Source of the DNA: Takakia lepidozioides
Lineage: Eukaryota; Plantae; Bryophyta
DNA length: 64,000 nucleotides
NCBI GenBank assembly: GCA_030704615.1
Contig: CM060733.1
Span: 64,356,001-64,420,000, forward strand
Reading direction: 5' to 3'
Below are positions 22,881 to 33,754 of the stretch, one piece after another. The notes under the pieces are model-generated. The model was not told the DNA's origin. It searched no databases and worked only from the letters and a program-made list of their open reading frames with translations. How positions within the stretch are numbered: position 1 is the stretch's first letter; each line of letters starts with the position of its first letter. A program made the translations under genes and the position numbers.

Positions 22881-23959
22881 AGAATGAGAACGCTTCAAAG
22901 ATCAAAATCATTCAGCTAGCTAATCTTGGGATTGTATTCTTCCAATAAACAGAAATGACGTGCTCGAGCGTGTAACCAAAGCAGCTAGAGTCAAATACAT
23001 ATTGCAAAACAATGATCAGGACTTCAGACCCGATCACCTGAAACGTGGGTAAGTTAGCAGTGTTAAGGTTTATGATAAAGATCTACAAACCACACAGCTC
23101 TACTCATGGGCCAATGTAGCTTTCATTGAAGGTAGAACCCAAGACCCCCTGAAGAGTAAGCCAACCTAGAGGCCTGCATACAACACGCAATTGTAATAGA
23201 AGAGGCCCGGGAGTTGAATGCGCCCGGGCCCCGGTAAGCGTACGTGGCCCGCCGCCCACCCGCAGCCGCGCCCCCCTAAGTCTGGCGCCTCAGATTCGCG
23301 CGGTCACCACGACGACGCCCATGTCGTGGTAGGCCCCACGCAGTCTAGAGTCCCTTTTTCTGTATAACTAACATTAAATTCAGGTCAATAGTAACGTAGC
23401 AGCATGCGGCCCATTGGTGCCACCGCTCCTTCCGAAAGCAATCTCATGTATTATGCAAATACATGAGAAATATATGGACATGCATGTTCCCCATAAGCTC
23501 CCAATATTTGTAAATTTGCTACTTCAAAAAAATTGTAAGTCCCTGTGAAAGTAGTTACATGGTGACTATACTTGGATGACCATCTTCAAAAATAGTCATA
23601 CAGGAGAAAATGTATGGTCAGGCATGAATACATGAGCTGTCTTCATGCACAAGTCTTGAATGGTATATATTATAATTATGTATGACAAGTATATCATACT
23701 TCCTGAACTCAAGGGTTCAATTTACAATGGATGAGATGGTGACTATGAATCTTCATATCTATACTAATATCATTCTTTTTATTTTCAATCGTTGCAAAGT
23801 CATACATGATTTGAATGCATTGTCATATCTATTAGCATAGTTGTACATACATGATGTCATGTCTCATTCATGCACATTGATCCGCGCCTCAGTTCTCAAT
23901 TTTCATCCATGGCAACGGCTGTATTTTTATATTTTTGTGTTTTCATTTTTTGATCATTA

Positions 23960-26900
23960 TTTTTAATTACCTAATTTGATAAAGGCTGTGGCCAATTGAT
24001 TAATTTTAGGGGAAAAATTAACCCCATTGATGTCGATACATATCCATGGGATGAGGGACGAGCCCGAGACATAAGCAAGAGAGACGGCCGAACCGGCCAT
24101 GACAAGGACCAAAAGGGTCTGGGGATGAGAGGATGGCGACCATGGTCGGCCATATCCCCATGCAATTCAATGATGCCTAAATGCAAAAAGCTGAGTGCTC
24201 TCACGTACCCCTACGAAGTAAGGACGAAAAATCGTAAGTGCCTGCCTAACTGAGGACCCTGAAGAGCATTATGGAGAGCCCCGGAAGAAAGGCGACGTGA
24301 TCAGTGATGAAGTTGAGCTTCACCGATCTCTTGCCCTTGATGTGTCTCCAATTGATGTCGCGGTCGAAGTCTGGCAATTCAGGGCAGTGGCGAGTTGCAA
24401 TTTCTCCATCCTTGAGGGATTGAGCTCCAAATGCAGGTTGTTGGCGCAGGGCTCGTGCAGACGATTCCATGCATTGCCCATGAGGTGGTGAAGGTGCTAT
24501 GGAGCTAATGTTGAGCTTCTGGACGCTTGCAGATATCTGCAGAAAGTTTGGCCCAGGCCTTCCGAGCTTCCGTTTGGATGTCAAAGAAGATCAAAGCGAG
24601 CATCAATGAGACAGTGGAGTTAGTATTTCCCAGGGCCCATGCGCATCTGGTTTTCCAGATGTGCCAGAGCCCGACAGCCCTGATCGTGTCAAAAACCGGT
24701 CATTGGGATAAAAGGCTGCTTGGAGATAGGATCGTAGTTCAGTAGCATGTTGATTGGAGTCAATGAGGCGCGGTCATGCCAGTGGTTGAGCATCCAGTGA
24801 ATTTTGGGCGAGATTTTTGAAGGTATGTTGTATTGCAAGAGGCAGTGCTTCAGGGATTCCGAAACCCCCAGCGAGCAGCATGTGCAGAGCAATGCCCTGG
24901 TGAACTGAAGCCAGCGTCCTACCTTTAGAATTCTATTTGCGATTTGCCAGAGAAAGGCAACTAACTTTGCACGTCTGGATTTGATCCATATGTCTTTCCA
25001 AATCACATTCCAATGCTCATCCGTAGGCTCTCCATTTGGCGTCCCCTTTGGAGAAGGGGATGGAGCTTGTGTTGAGGCACTTGTAGCCTTTTTTTTGCTG
25101 TGTATTGAAAAAAGGATGGTTTGCCACCAAGATCCCATGTCCATTCTTGAGGATCCGGCTGCAGTTGCATGATAGGTTTGCCTCCAATCCACACAAATGT
25201 GTTTGCTTTAATCCAAGCGGTCAAAACTGACGTAGGAGGCTTAGCAGGGTTCATGAGCTTTGCACCGGATGACCATTGGCATACTTTGATAAGGGAGAAA
25301 TTCCCCCCATTGATGGAGACCAGGTGTGCTTGAGAAAGGTGCAGGATGTTTGATTGAGGGCAGCAGCACATGGCAATGCCAATGATTTGTGTATTCCATG
25401 ACGTAAATGACCTGATTAGGTCTGGCTGAGTATGTAACCCAAGTGTCAAGCAATGGTGGCAACGGCCCCTCACAAGGATGCTTATCCAAGTTGCAGGGAT
25501 GGTCTGGATGATGCAGGCATAACCAGCATTTCCTCTGGCAGCGCCTACAATCTGGTTTATGTGCCCCTGGCAGCATAGTGCTGAGCCCGACCAAATATTT
25601 CCGACCTGAGCAATGCCATGGTAATCCCAGGTAGACCACCGCTTTGCAGATCCACGGTCATCCTGGTGTAAGTGCTGGAGTTAAGGAAAAGGTGTTGACG
25701 GATGACTTCCTCGTATGAGGAGGGCTCTCCTTTGATGAGGTATGGCCTCAACCTACCCATGCTTTCCAAATTGCCTTCCATAGCGGAGAGCCAGGCTGCT
25801 TGTCTTTGAAACCATTAACAATCCAACGCATTGACCTTGGCCATTCCAAGTAAGGCATCTATCTGGTTGGCTGGATCCAAGATACCAAGCCCCCCTTGTT
25901 TTCTGGGGCGGCATATTTGGGCCCAGGAAATAGCTGGTCTGACGTGTTGTGAACTGGAGCTTGCTCCCCAAATGAAATTCCGAATGATTCTCTTGATTTC
26001 TTTTAAGTAGCATGGGCTTGGGCTCCACACGGAAGTGAAGTACCAGATGCTGGCCATAATTACCTGGTTGGCGACCAAAGCCCTTCCAGTGAGAGACAGG
26101 TGCCTGGATCCCCAGAATACAAGCTTGCGTTTCAGTTTGTCTATGATTGGCCCTATTCTTTGCTCATCAAAAAGGTTAACTCCGAATGGAAAACCTAATA
26201 GCTTGGTACTTTTCCCCCACTTTGAGCCATAGCCCTAGCTCCTGACCCCAAATAGGGTTGACTCCGATTTGTGATTTGGATCTATCACCAACCAGCACTG
26301 CCACCGTTTTTTCCCAATTTACATTGAAACCGGATGCTAGGCAGAAGATGTTCGAGGTGGAGATTGTTTTTTCCAAGTTTCGAGGTCTAGTGTCAAGGTA
26401 GAGCACCGTATCATCCACAAACATTGATGATTTGATATGCAGCTAGTTGGGGTGTTGGCTGGGGATTGAAAGGCCCCTGATGTCTGCATTGCTTTCCAGC
26501 CTAGCCGATGTCCAAGCGAATCAGCCACTATAAGAAATAGAAAGGGTGCCAGTGGGCGACCATGTCGAACCGAGCGTTGCAACTCAAATGGTGAGGATAA
26601 AAAGCCATTGACCAGCACCCTGCTGAGGCATTCTGGAGCAAGATTGAGACCCATTTGCAAAAGTCAGGGGATAGTCCCACTTTTAGCATTGAAAACATTA
26701 GAAGGGGCCATTCTACTTTATCAAAGGTCTTTTCGAAGTCATGGCCATTGCTTGGTTAGAGTCTTGGGCATAAGAATGAGTCTCGTGAGCCAGCAGTATG
26801 TTGTCCAGAATGAATCTGCCTTTGATAAAGCCAGTCTGGCTTGATTTAATGAGCGTGGGCAACAGTGGCCGAAGGCGAAGGGCCGGGGTTTTAGCGATGA

Positions 26901-28216
26901 TTTATATGAGACGTTGAGAAGGGTGATGGGCCTGTAATTGGCTATGGCCCTTCTCTCTCCCTTTTTGAAAAGAAGCACTATTACCCCTTGTGACATCTCT
27001 CTGGGCATTTCCTCTGCATCCTTGATGGCATTGGCCATTTTACAGAAGTCGGTAGAGATGTGCTGCCACATCAGGTTGTAAAACTCCACTGGCATTCCAT
27101 CTTCTCCTGGAGCCTTGAGGTTTGACATAGATTCCAGAGCTATACGCAACTCAATTTCTGTGAATGCCCCATCCAATGCAGCAGCTTCCTGCTGGCCAAT
27201 TTTAACCGGGTGAGATTGGATGCATGTTTGTATGGCCTGGTTAATGGCTTCTGATTGTTCCCTTTACTTGAAAAGGGTGGCGAAGTGGTTATGTGCGATG
27301 GCAGTGATTTTCTTTGGGTCACATTGAGTGATGCCCTGCGAATCATGGAGCTCTGGGATTGCCTGCCTCGCGTGACGCACTTGGACTTTGTCAAAAAAAA
27401 AAATTGACATCTTTTCTCCCTTTGTTGACCTGTTGATCCCTGCCTGGATTTTTAGCTTTGCTTCCATCTCATTTTCATAAGTGTCCAAGTTCAATCTTGC
27501 TTCCAAGTAAGTTTGGAAGACAGATGGGATCAGATTGGTTTCCTTCAAGAATTTTCTGGCACACTGCCAGGCATTTAGTGAGGGCCAGATGTTTTTTGTT
27601 TCTCGCACCGGCCAGTTTTTGGCTAATTTCTTGGCATTGTTTTTTTGCAGCTTTGAGCTTTGCGAGGAATCTGCCAATTGGACAGGGGATAAGTTGACCA
27701 GATTCCTGCCAGGTAATCTTGAGTTTTTGTTGAACCTCTGGAATTTTGAGAATTGAGGCGTTGAGCCTGAATAGACCCCTACGCCTTTCAAAGATAACTG
27801 AACGTTGGCGTGGTCGAATTCCTGGAATATGGGCTCTTGGGGGATTTTGCTGGACCAGGAAGCCAGGCTTGAGGACAGGTAGAACCTGTCTAAACGGGCC
27901 ATACTGAGCTCTGCCCCTGTTCTATTGTTTGACCAGGTATATTGTAGTGGAGGAGGAGAAGGAGCCGAGGCTGAGGCACGGCGAGGCTCCAACAAGGAGT
28001 AATTGTGGACCAGCTTATGCCATGCCGACTCTTCTTGAAATCCAAGGCATTGGGAGCCAAGTCCCTTCTGTCAACCCTGGATTCCACCATAATGTAATCG
28101 CCGGATCCACTGTGTAATGTTAGGCTCGGCTTCCATTTTTGCATAGATGAGACTCCAAAGCGCCGGATCGCTCTTGAGGTGTGTTTGGAGCATATAGGTT
28201 TGGTCCAACCTAGCAA
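23960..28216 (-). mobile_element. Degenerate L1/Tx1-clade LINE ORF2 (APE endonuclease, RT, zf-RVT), 5'-truncated
   Basis: Fragmented minus-strand ORFs: YTWSNNR..ARLDRFYLS, KAPGEDGMPVEFY, IVLLFKKG..IANYRPITLLNVSYK, RSVRHG.PLAPFLF, FVDDT, VANQVIMASIWY, FLWQIANRIL...CTCC..ESLKHCL. Confidence 0.9.
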
Positions 28217-28753
28217 GGAGATAGTGGTGTGCAGCTAATAATTTAAAAAAAATCTCAAAAGTGCCTAACTGCCAAGTGGCCCAAAAAATAATTATTAGCA
28301 GGCAAGTGCCTAACCTGCTATCCCACTACGGTACCTTGTGCAGGATCCTTCACACAACAATTCCACGTCCCTGCTCCTTTGACCTGTGCCAAGTGGCGTA
28401 ATCTCATCCAAATTCTGAGATCTTGGGCTTGTTAAGGTGCAAACACCTAAATGTGTGCGTGACCTTATATGGACCCCTATATTTGTGAGCAAATGTGACT
28501 GATGAAGTCCTTAAATGGATGCATTATTTTCATTGGTTGGTTTTAGGTTCATCAATGGAGAGAAGTCCTTATATATAGGGATATATATGGTTGTGACTTG
28601 TATTGTACAGTATTTTTGTTATTAATGTATGCTCCATAGGATGGTTAATAGCAAAGCTGGAGGTTAACTATAAACATGATTTGCATGCCTTAATCACTTA
28701 TTAAAACAAGTTTAGGGTGGATTTGGGAAGGATAGCGCTTCGTAATAGCCATG

Positions 28754-28837
28754 ACGGCTGCTCCAATTAAATGTAGTGGCTGCTCAATTCAAAATACGGC
28801 TGCTCCAATTAAGCAGAGTGGCTGCTCATTTCAAAAT
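28754..28837 (+). repeat. 42-bp tandem duplication upstream of the pogo transposase
   Basis: ACGGCTGCTCCAATTAA...AGTGGCTGCTCA.TTCAAAAT occurs twice, starting at 28754 and 28796. Confidence 0.8.
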
Positions 28838-28992
28838 GGGCCCGCCTACCATTCAAACTCTCCTACCAAGTATAACACGGGCCCACTGGCCACAAATCAG
28901 ATGTGCAAGGGTTCCACTGTGCAATCCGTAAGAGTTCCATGAGTGTAGCAATTCAGATATTTTTACATTTCCACCTGTAGAGTTTCACCACC

Positions 28993-31413
28993 ATGGATCT
29001 AGATTTCAGGTTGCTACCGGATACCGGGGAGGATGTGGCTTATGACAAGACACAGATAGAGAGCCATTCCAGCGATGAATCTGATGAGAGACAAAATTAC
29101 AACGACAGGCATTCACATGAGGGTAGTCAGAGTGATGAAGGTGAGAAAGATGTCAACTTTCAGTGGGCCCAAGATCCATTGGATCACAGTGTACAGTTCT
29201 CGGCTGGGCATGGTTCTCAAGATGCTAACTTACGTGAAAGTCTAGTTGAGAATCGATCTACAAATGAAGAGCGTGTGTCAGTGGACCAGACCTCCAATGA
29301 CAACACTACTGCACCTGCACCTGCTCGAAATCGGGGTGGGAGACCCAAAAAAGCTCCAAGACAACGTAAAAATGGGAACTGGTCAAACTAGGCATTAGCT
29401 GGTGCCATGGCAGCCGTGTGGATCGGGGAGAACACTTGAGAGCAGCTTCAAGGATATTCGAATACCTGCCTCTAGCCTTCGGAATCATGTGTATGGCGTC
29501 ACGACCACACACGTAGAAGAGGCACCAAGGGCACGTTGACTGCTGCTGAGGAGGATCTGCTGGTGAAATATATCGAACGCATGCAAGAGATTGGGCATCC
29601 TCTTACACTCACGCAGCTCCGGTTGAAGGTGGCTGAAATAACCCAAGAGCGAGAGACACCATTAAGCAAGGAATTCCAGGCTTTGGATGGATTAGATGGT
29701 TCAGATCTAGACATGGACATTTGACCTTGAGGGTGGCACAAGGGCTGGAAACTGGGAGGGCAAGAACGTAGAATCATTCTACACTAATTTAAACTTGATC
29801 TACAAAAAGTACAACTGCGATGCGTCACGGATTTGGAATTGCGATGAATCGGGCTGCCAGGCTGGGCGGAATGGCGGAGGTGTGGTTCTAGCCAAAACTG
29901 GTACAAGAGCTGTACACTCGATCACAGCAGACCAGCGTGAATGGCTCAGCATCTTAACCTGCATCAATGCATCAGGTGGTCATATAAGTATATTCAAGGG
30001 CAAGAGATTTAGTAGGAACTACATTGCAAAGTGTGAATCTGGTGTTACAATGGCCATGCAGAAGAAGGCATGGATGACTGTAATACTTTTTTGCAAGTGG
30101 ATCTCTCATTTCATAGCATCAGTGAAAGCCATGGGCAATGAGATCAGTGTGACAAATCGTCACTTGTTGATCCTTGACGGCCATAACTCTCATGTTACTG
30201 TTCGACAAGCAAGAGCAACAGGTCTATATCTCATCACACTTCCTTCCCACACGTCACATGCACTTCAACCCCTTGATGTAGCTGTATTCAAACCATTTAA
30301 AACAGCATTTCAAATATACCGTGATGTGTGGAGCATGTCACACAGGGAAAGGGTGCACTGAAAGAAGACTTGGCCCAATGGGTCAGTTTGGCCCTAAGGA
30401 CGGCATTGACCAGTCAGATCATTTCCAAAAGGTTCAGCGCTACTGGGATATGGCCTTTGAATTCTCAGGCGATGGTGGGAAAGATGGGGCCAAGTGCAAC
30501 ATTCACACAGTCCAGGACATCATACCAGACCATGGCAGAAGCGGAGATAGACCCAGCTGTGGCAGACCAGACAATGGAGGAAGCAGACCAGACTCCTGCG
30601 CACTCCCAGACCTTAGCAAAAAGTGATCACAATGTAGATGAGGTCCAAAATTCACCTGTTGATCTGCATGTAGAAGAGATCTTAGGCCATTTTGTGCCAG
30701 AGACACAAGTGGATCATCACCACTATTTCGTGGAGATGGAATGCAGTGACGAGGAGGAGGGTGATACAAACCAAGACGGCAGCCAAGAGACGGTTGCTAT
30801 ACAGACTGTTGTGGTGCCTACATCGTCTTCAAGTGGACACCCGTCCACCATCGCTAGGTTCCTGACTCTCCCGGAAGCACTTGCAGCCAATCATAGAAGG
30901 GTGAGAGACGACAATGAACCCATAATAGATTACAGTAAGTCAATTATGATGACATCAGATTCCTATCTCGCTGCACTGGAACACAAAAGGCGGCTCAAAG
31001 AGGAGGCAGCCATTGCGCGTGAACGAAAGAAAGAAGAAGCCATTGCAAACAAAGCCAAACGAGTGGCCGAAAAAGAAGAAGCGATGAATCAAAAGCGAGC
31101 AAGAGCAGAAGAGCGAGAGAGGAAGAAGGCTTTCGACACCATCTGGAGCGCTAAGGCATGTGCAGCTGCAGGTGATCGATTGCACAAGAGAATCCGGGCT
31201 AATCCCGTAATTTCTCCTAACAGCTATCTGGCCCCGTATTGCGGGAGTGCTCCTCCTTTGTGCAGGTATAACCAGCGTGTTGTGATGGAGAGACGTCGGG
31301 CAAAGGCTAGGGGCGCTCCCACCAGCCACCTTGTGACATATTATGTGGGACCAGCAGTGACAACAACCCCACAACAAGGATATCTGCCACCATTGAGACC
31401 TCCTGCATACTGA
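28993..31413 (+). pseudogene. pogo-family transposase pseudogene (psq-type HTH, CENP-B-type HTH, DDE_1, charged C-terminal tail)
   Basis: RGGRPKK, LTAAEEDLLVKYIERMQEIGHPLT, IWNCDESG, WLSILTCINASG, HLLILDGHNSH, LPSHTSHALQPLDVAVFKPFK. Several stops and frameshifts. Confidence 0.88.
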
Positions 31414-32108
31414 ACTTATCCGAGCCCTGGGTGAAAGCTGAAGGGCTTGACAGTTTGGAGATGGCGGGAGACAATAAGCTGTTGCGCGGGAAGGCTGTCA
31501 ATTATAGCGTTGCCTTATGTGGACAGCTACTGCATGGAGGAAACAAATTTAGGATGATGAGGGGAGATGTGATGGTTGACTGAAGACAAGATTGGCATGA
31601 GATATGATTATTTTTGGGTACATGCATGGATAAGCACTAGACTTAGGGTTGTTTAGTTTTCATCTATTGGGGCGGGTTTTCATACACCATCCTGGTCAGC
31701 ATGGGTCACTTGGTGCTCACTTTTAGGTGCATTAATGTCCTGATTTGGATACTTAGAGTACTCTTTTGTGAGCAAGCCAGCTCATAAACCAATGCATATC
31801 TCCTTCATTATTTGCTTTATAGAGGTGCCTTTTTGGATGCACAATTCGTGCACCTTAGGCAATTTCAGGCTTTACATTAGCCATTTATGGGGTGAGCATT
31901 AGGTGGGTCTACTGCTCACATATAGGAAGTTGAGAAGTGACACTTTAAAAATTAATATCAATTCAGGGATGCAGTAGAAAAAATTGCAATTGATATGAGG
32001 ATCGTCCCCTTTTCTAAAAAATAAATAAATAAAGGATCTCCATCCTGTTGCTAATCCAACCATATAATTTTCTCATTGTTGCACTTCTCTGCGAGTAGAA
32101 CTCCTTAA

Positions 32109-33075
32109 CCCCTAAAGGACGAGAGGTGTTTTTGGACAATTCCAGGACCCACCCTCATACGTCAGCGGCTACCTGCCCACCAACGTTCATCCACGTGGAT
32201 GAACCATACAAACTGCTTCCTACCTACCAGATGCATATGCCCCCCAAATTTGGGGAGATTCCACCATGTAGTTTGGGAGATTATAACATTTGAAGACGGT
32301 GCATTTTTTTGAAAATAGAAAAAACAAAGCAAAAGTTTATGTTTGACCAAGCAAATTATCCACGATCCCAAATTTTCCTGGGAGAAAAAGTGTTATATTC
32401 CTGTGAAGTGCACAATCTCAAACCCTCACACCAAATTTCACCCCAATCTGCCAAAATGAAAGGGGGGATGCTTTGTATGTGACTGGAGTGGGGGTCCAAA
32501 AAGAGAATTTGCAAAGGAAATGGTATAGGCCCCATTGGGACCCCAAATTCTCCTTCATTTGGGAATTCCAACGGTCAGTCCCTCATAGGCCAAGAACTAC
32601 ACAAGCCTGCCCAAGAATTTCCCAAAAATTGCCTAAATTGCATTTGGGATGTGGGATTTTGTGAAATTTCCGGCCTCCTCCAGGTCAGGCAATCCGTGGC
32701 CGGAATTTCGCCTGAATCCGGCGACGTTTCCGGGCCACGTCGAGGTTTCCCATTATTTGCCAGGCCGGCTCATTCAAGCCGTCAGCGTTTTGGGGAGGGC
32801 CTCACAAGCCCTGCCACTCCAACCCCTACATGCCCCCCGGCCGCAAAATCCCACCCACGTGGCCGCTGCTACCTGCCACGTAGACAGTCAACTGCCGTGC
32901 CCCCCACCCAAAATCCTGCAAAAAAATTCCTGACTGCAGAGTTTTTCCTCTGTTCGGGGCGCCATAAAGACCTGCGTGTGTAGCTCGTTCCGCGCTACAT
33001 TCATCAGACTTCATCCATGTATGCTACGGATGGATGAAAAATCGACCCGATTGAGGTGGGCTCGTCGTTTAGGGG
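32109..33075. mobile_element. piggyBac-like non-autonomous element (967 bp), TTAA TSD
   Basis: TTAA|CCCCTAAAGGACGAG (32105-32123) and CTCGTCGTTTAGGGG|TTAA (33061-33079), 14/15 TIR match. No coding capacity. Confidence 0.85.
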
Positions 33076-33754
33076 TTAAATGCACACATTTAGGTGTTAC
33101 TACCTTAGAACAAGAATGTCGCAGGTAGGTTAGGTTGCCTCCACGAGGCCCATATATTTTAACCCCATGCCCAAAATCTATAGAATCCTCTAGTTTTTTA
33201 GTTTATTTTTGAAAAACGCCAAAAATAGGGCCCCATATTTAACGATGGGGTTTTTGCACGTCTTCTCTGATTGGCCCTAAATTTGCACGTCGTCTCTGAT
33301 TGGTCCCAAATTTGGACAGGGCGTCCAGGGGGTAGGTGGCTGTATTGGTGAAGTATCGAAACGACAAGTTTTTCCCGAGTTACAGGGTTTTTACTGGGCG
33401 AGGGTCATTTTTTTGGAAAAAGTCAACGAACCCCGCGCGGGCGTTTAGGGGTTAAGAAGTAAAGAAGTGCGATTTAGGGCTACGAACTGGAAAAGAGTGA
33501 GAAGATAGGATTCCAAAAGTGGAGGTTTGCTGTGAAGCTTTGAGAAAATGAGGAAAAAGCCCACAGAAACACAAGGCGAGAGGCGAGAAGAGAGAACACG
33601 AGGATGCGCTTGGGATTGCATGATAAGCGGTAGTGGGCAGGTGGTAGGAAAGTTTGATACATACAATAAATGGTACTATCAAGTCAAAAAGTTTGTGAAA
33701 GTACTGTACAAAACGGTATCGACAAAATTCCAAGCTGATCTAGAAGCACACTTC

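Larger units (their letters stand above)
28435..33105 (+). mobile_element. pogo/Fot1-like (Tc1-mariner superfamily) DNA transposon with ~24-bp TIRs and TA TSD
   Basis: TA|AGGTGCAAACACCTAAATGTGTGC (28433-28458) and GCACACATTTAGGTGTTACTACCT|TA (33082-33107), 21/24 match. The TIRs enclose a DDE_1 transposase. Confidence 0.8.
20503..33451. mobile_element. Probable piggyBac-like non-autonomous element expanded to ~13 kb by nested insertions
   Basis: CCCCTAAACGCCCGC at 20503-20517 is the exact reverse complement of GCGGGCGTTTAGGGG at 33437-33451, which is followed by TTAA. The left flank is AGCT, not TTAA, so the pairing is inferred. Confidence 0.5.

Noticed and set aside
23757-23775. ATCTATACTAATAT resembling a Helitron 5' end
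   Set aside because: No matching downstream hairpin-CTRR terminus or Rep/helicase remnant was found.
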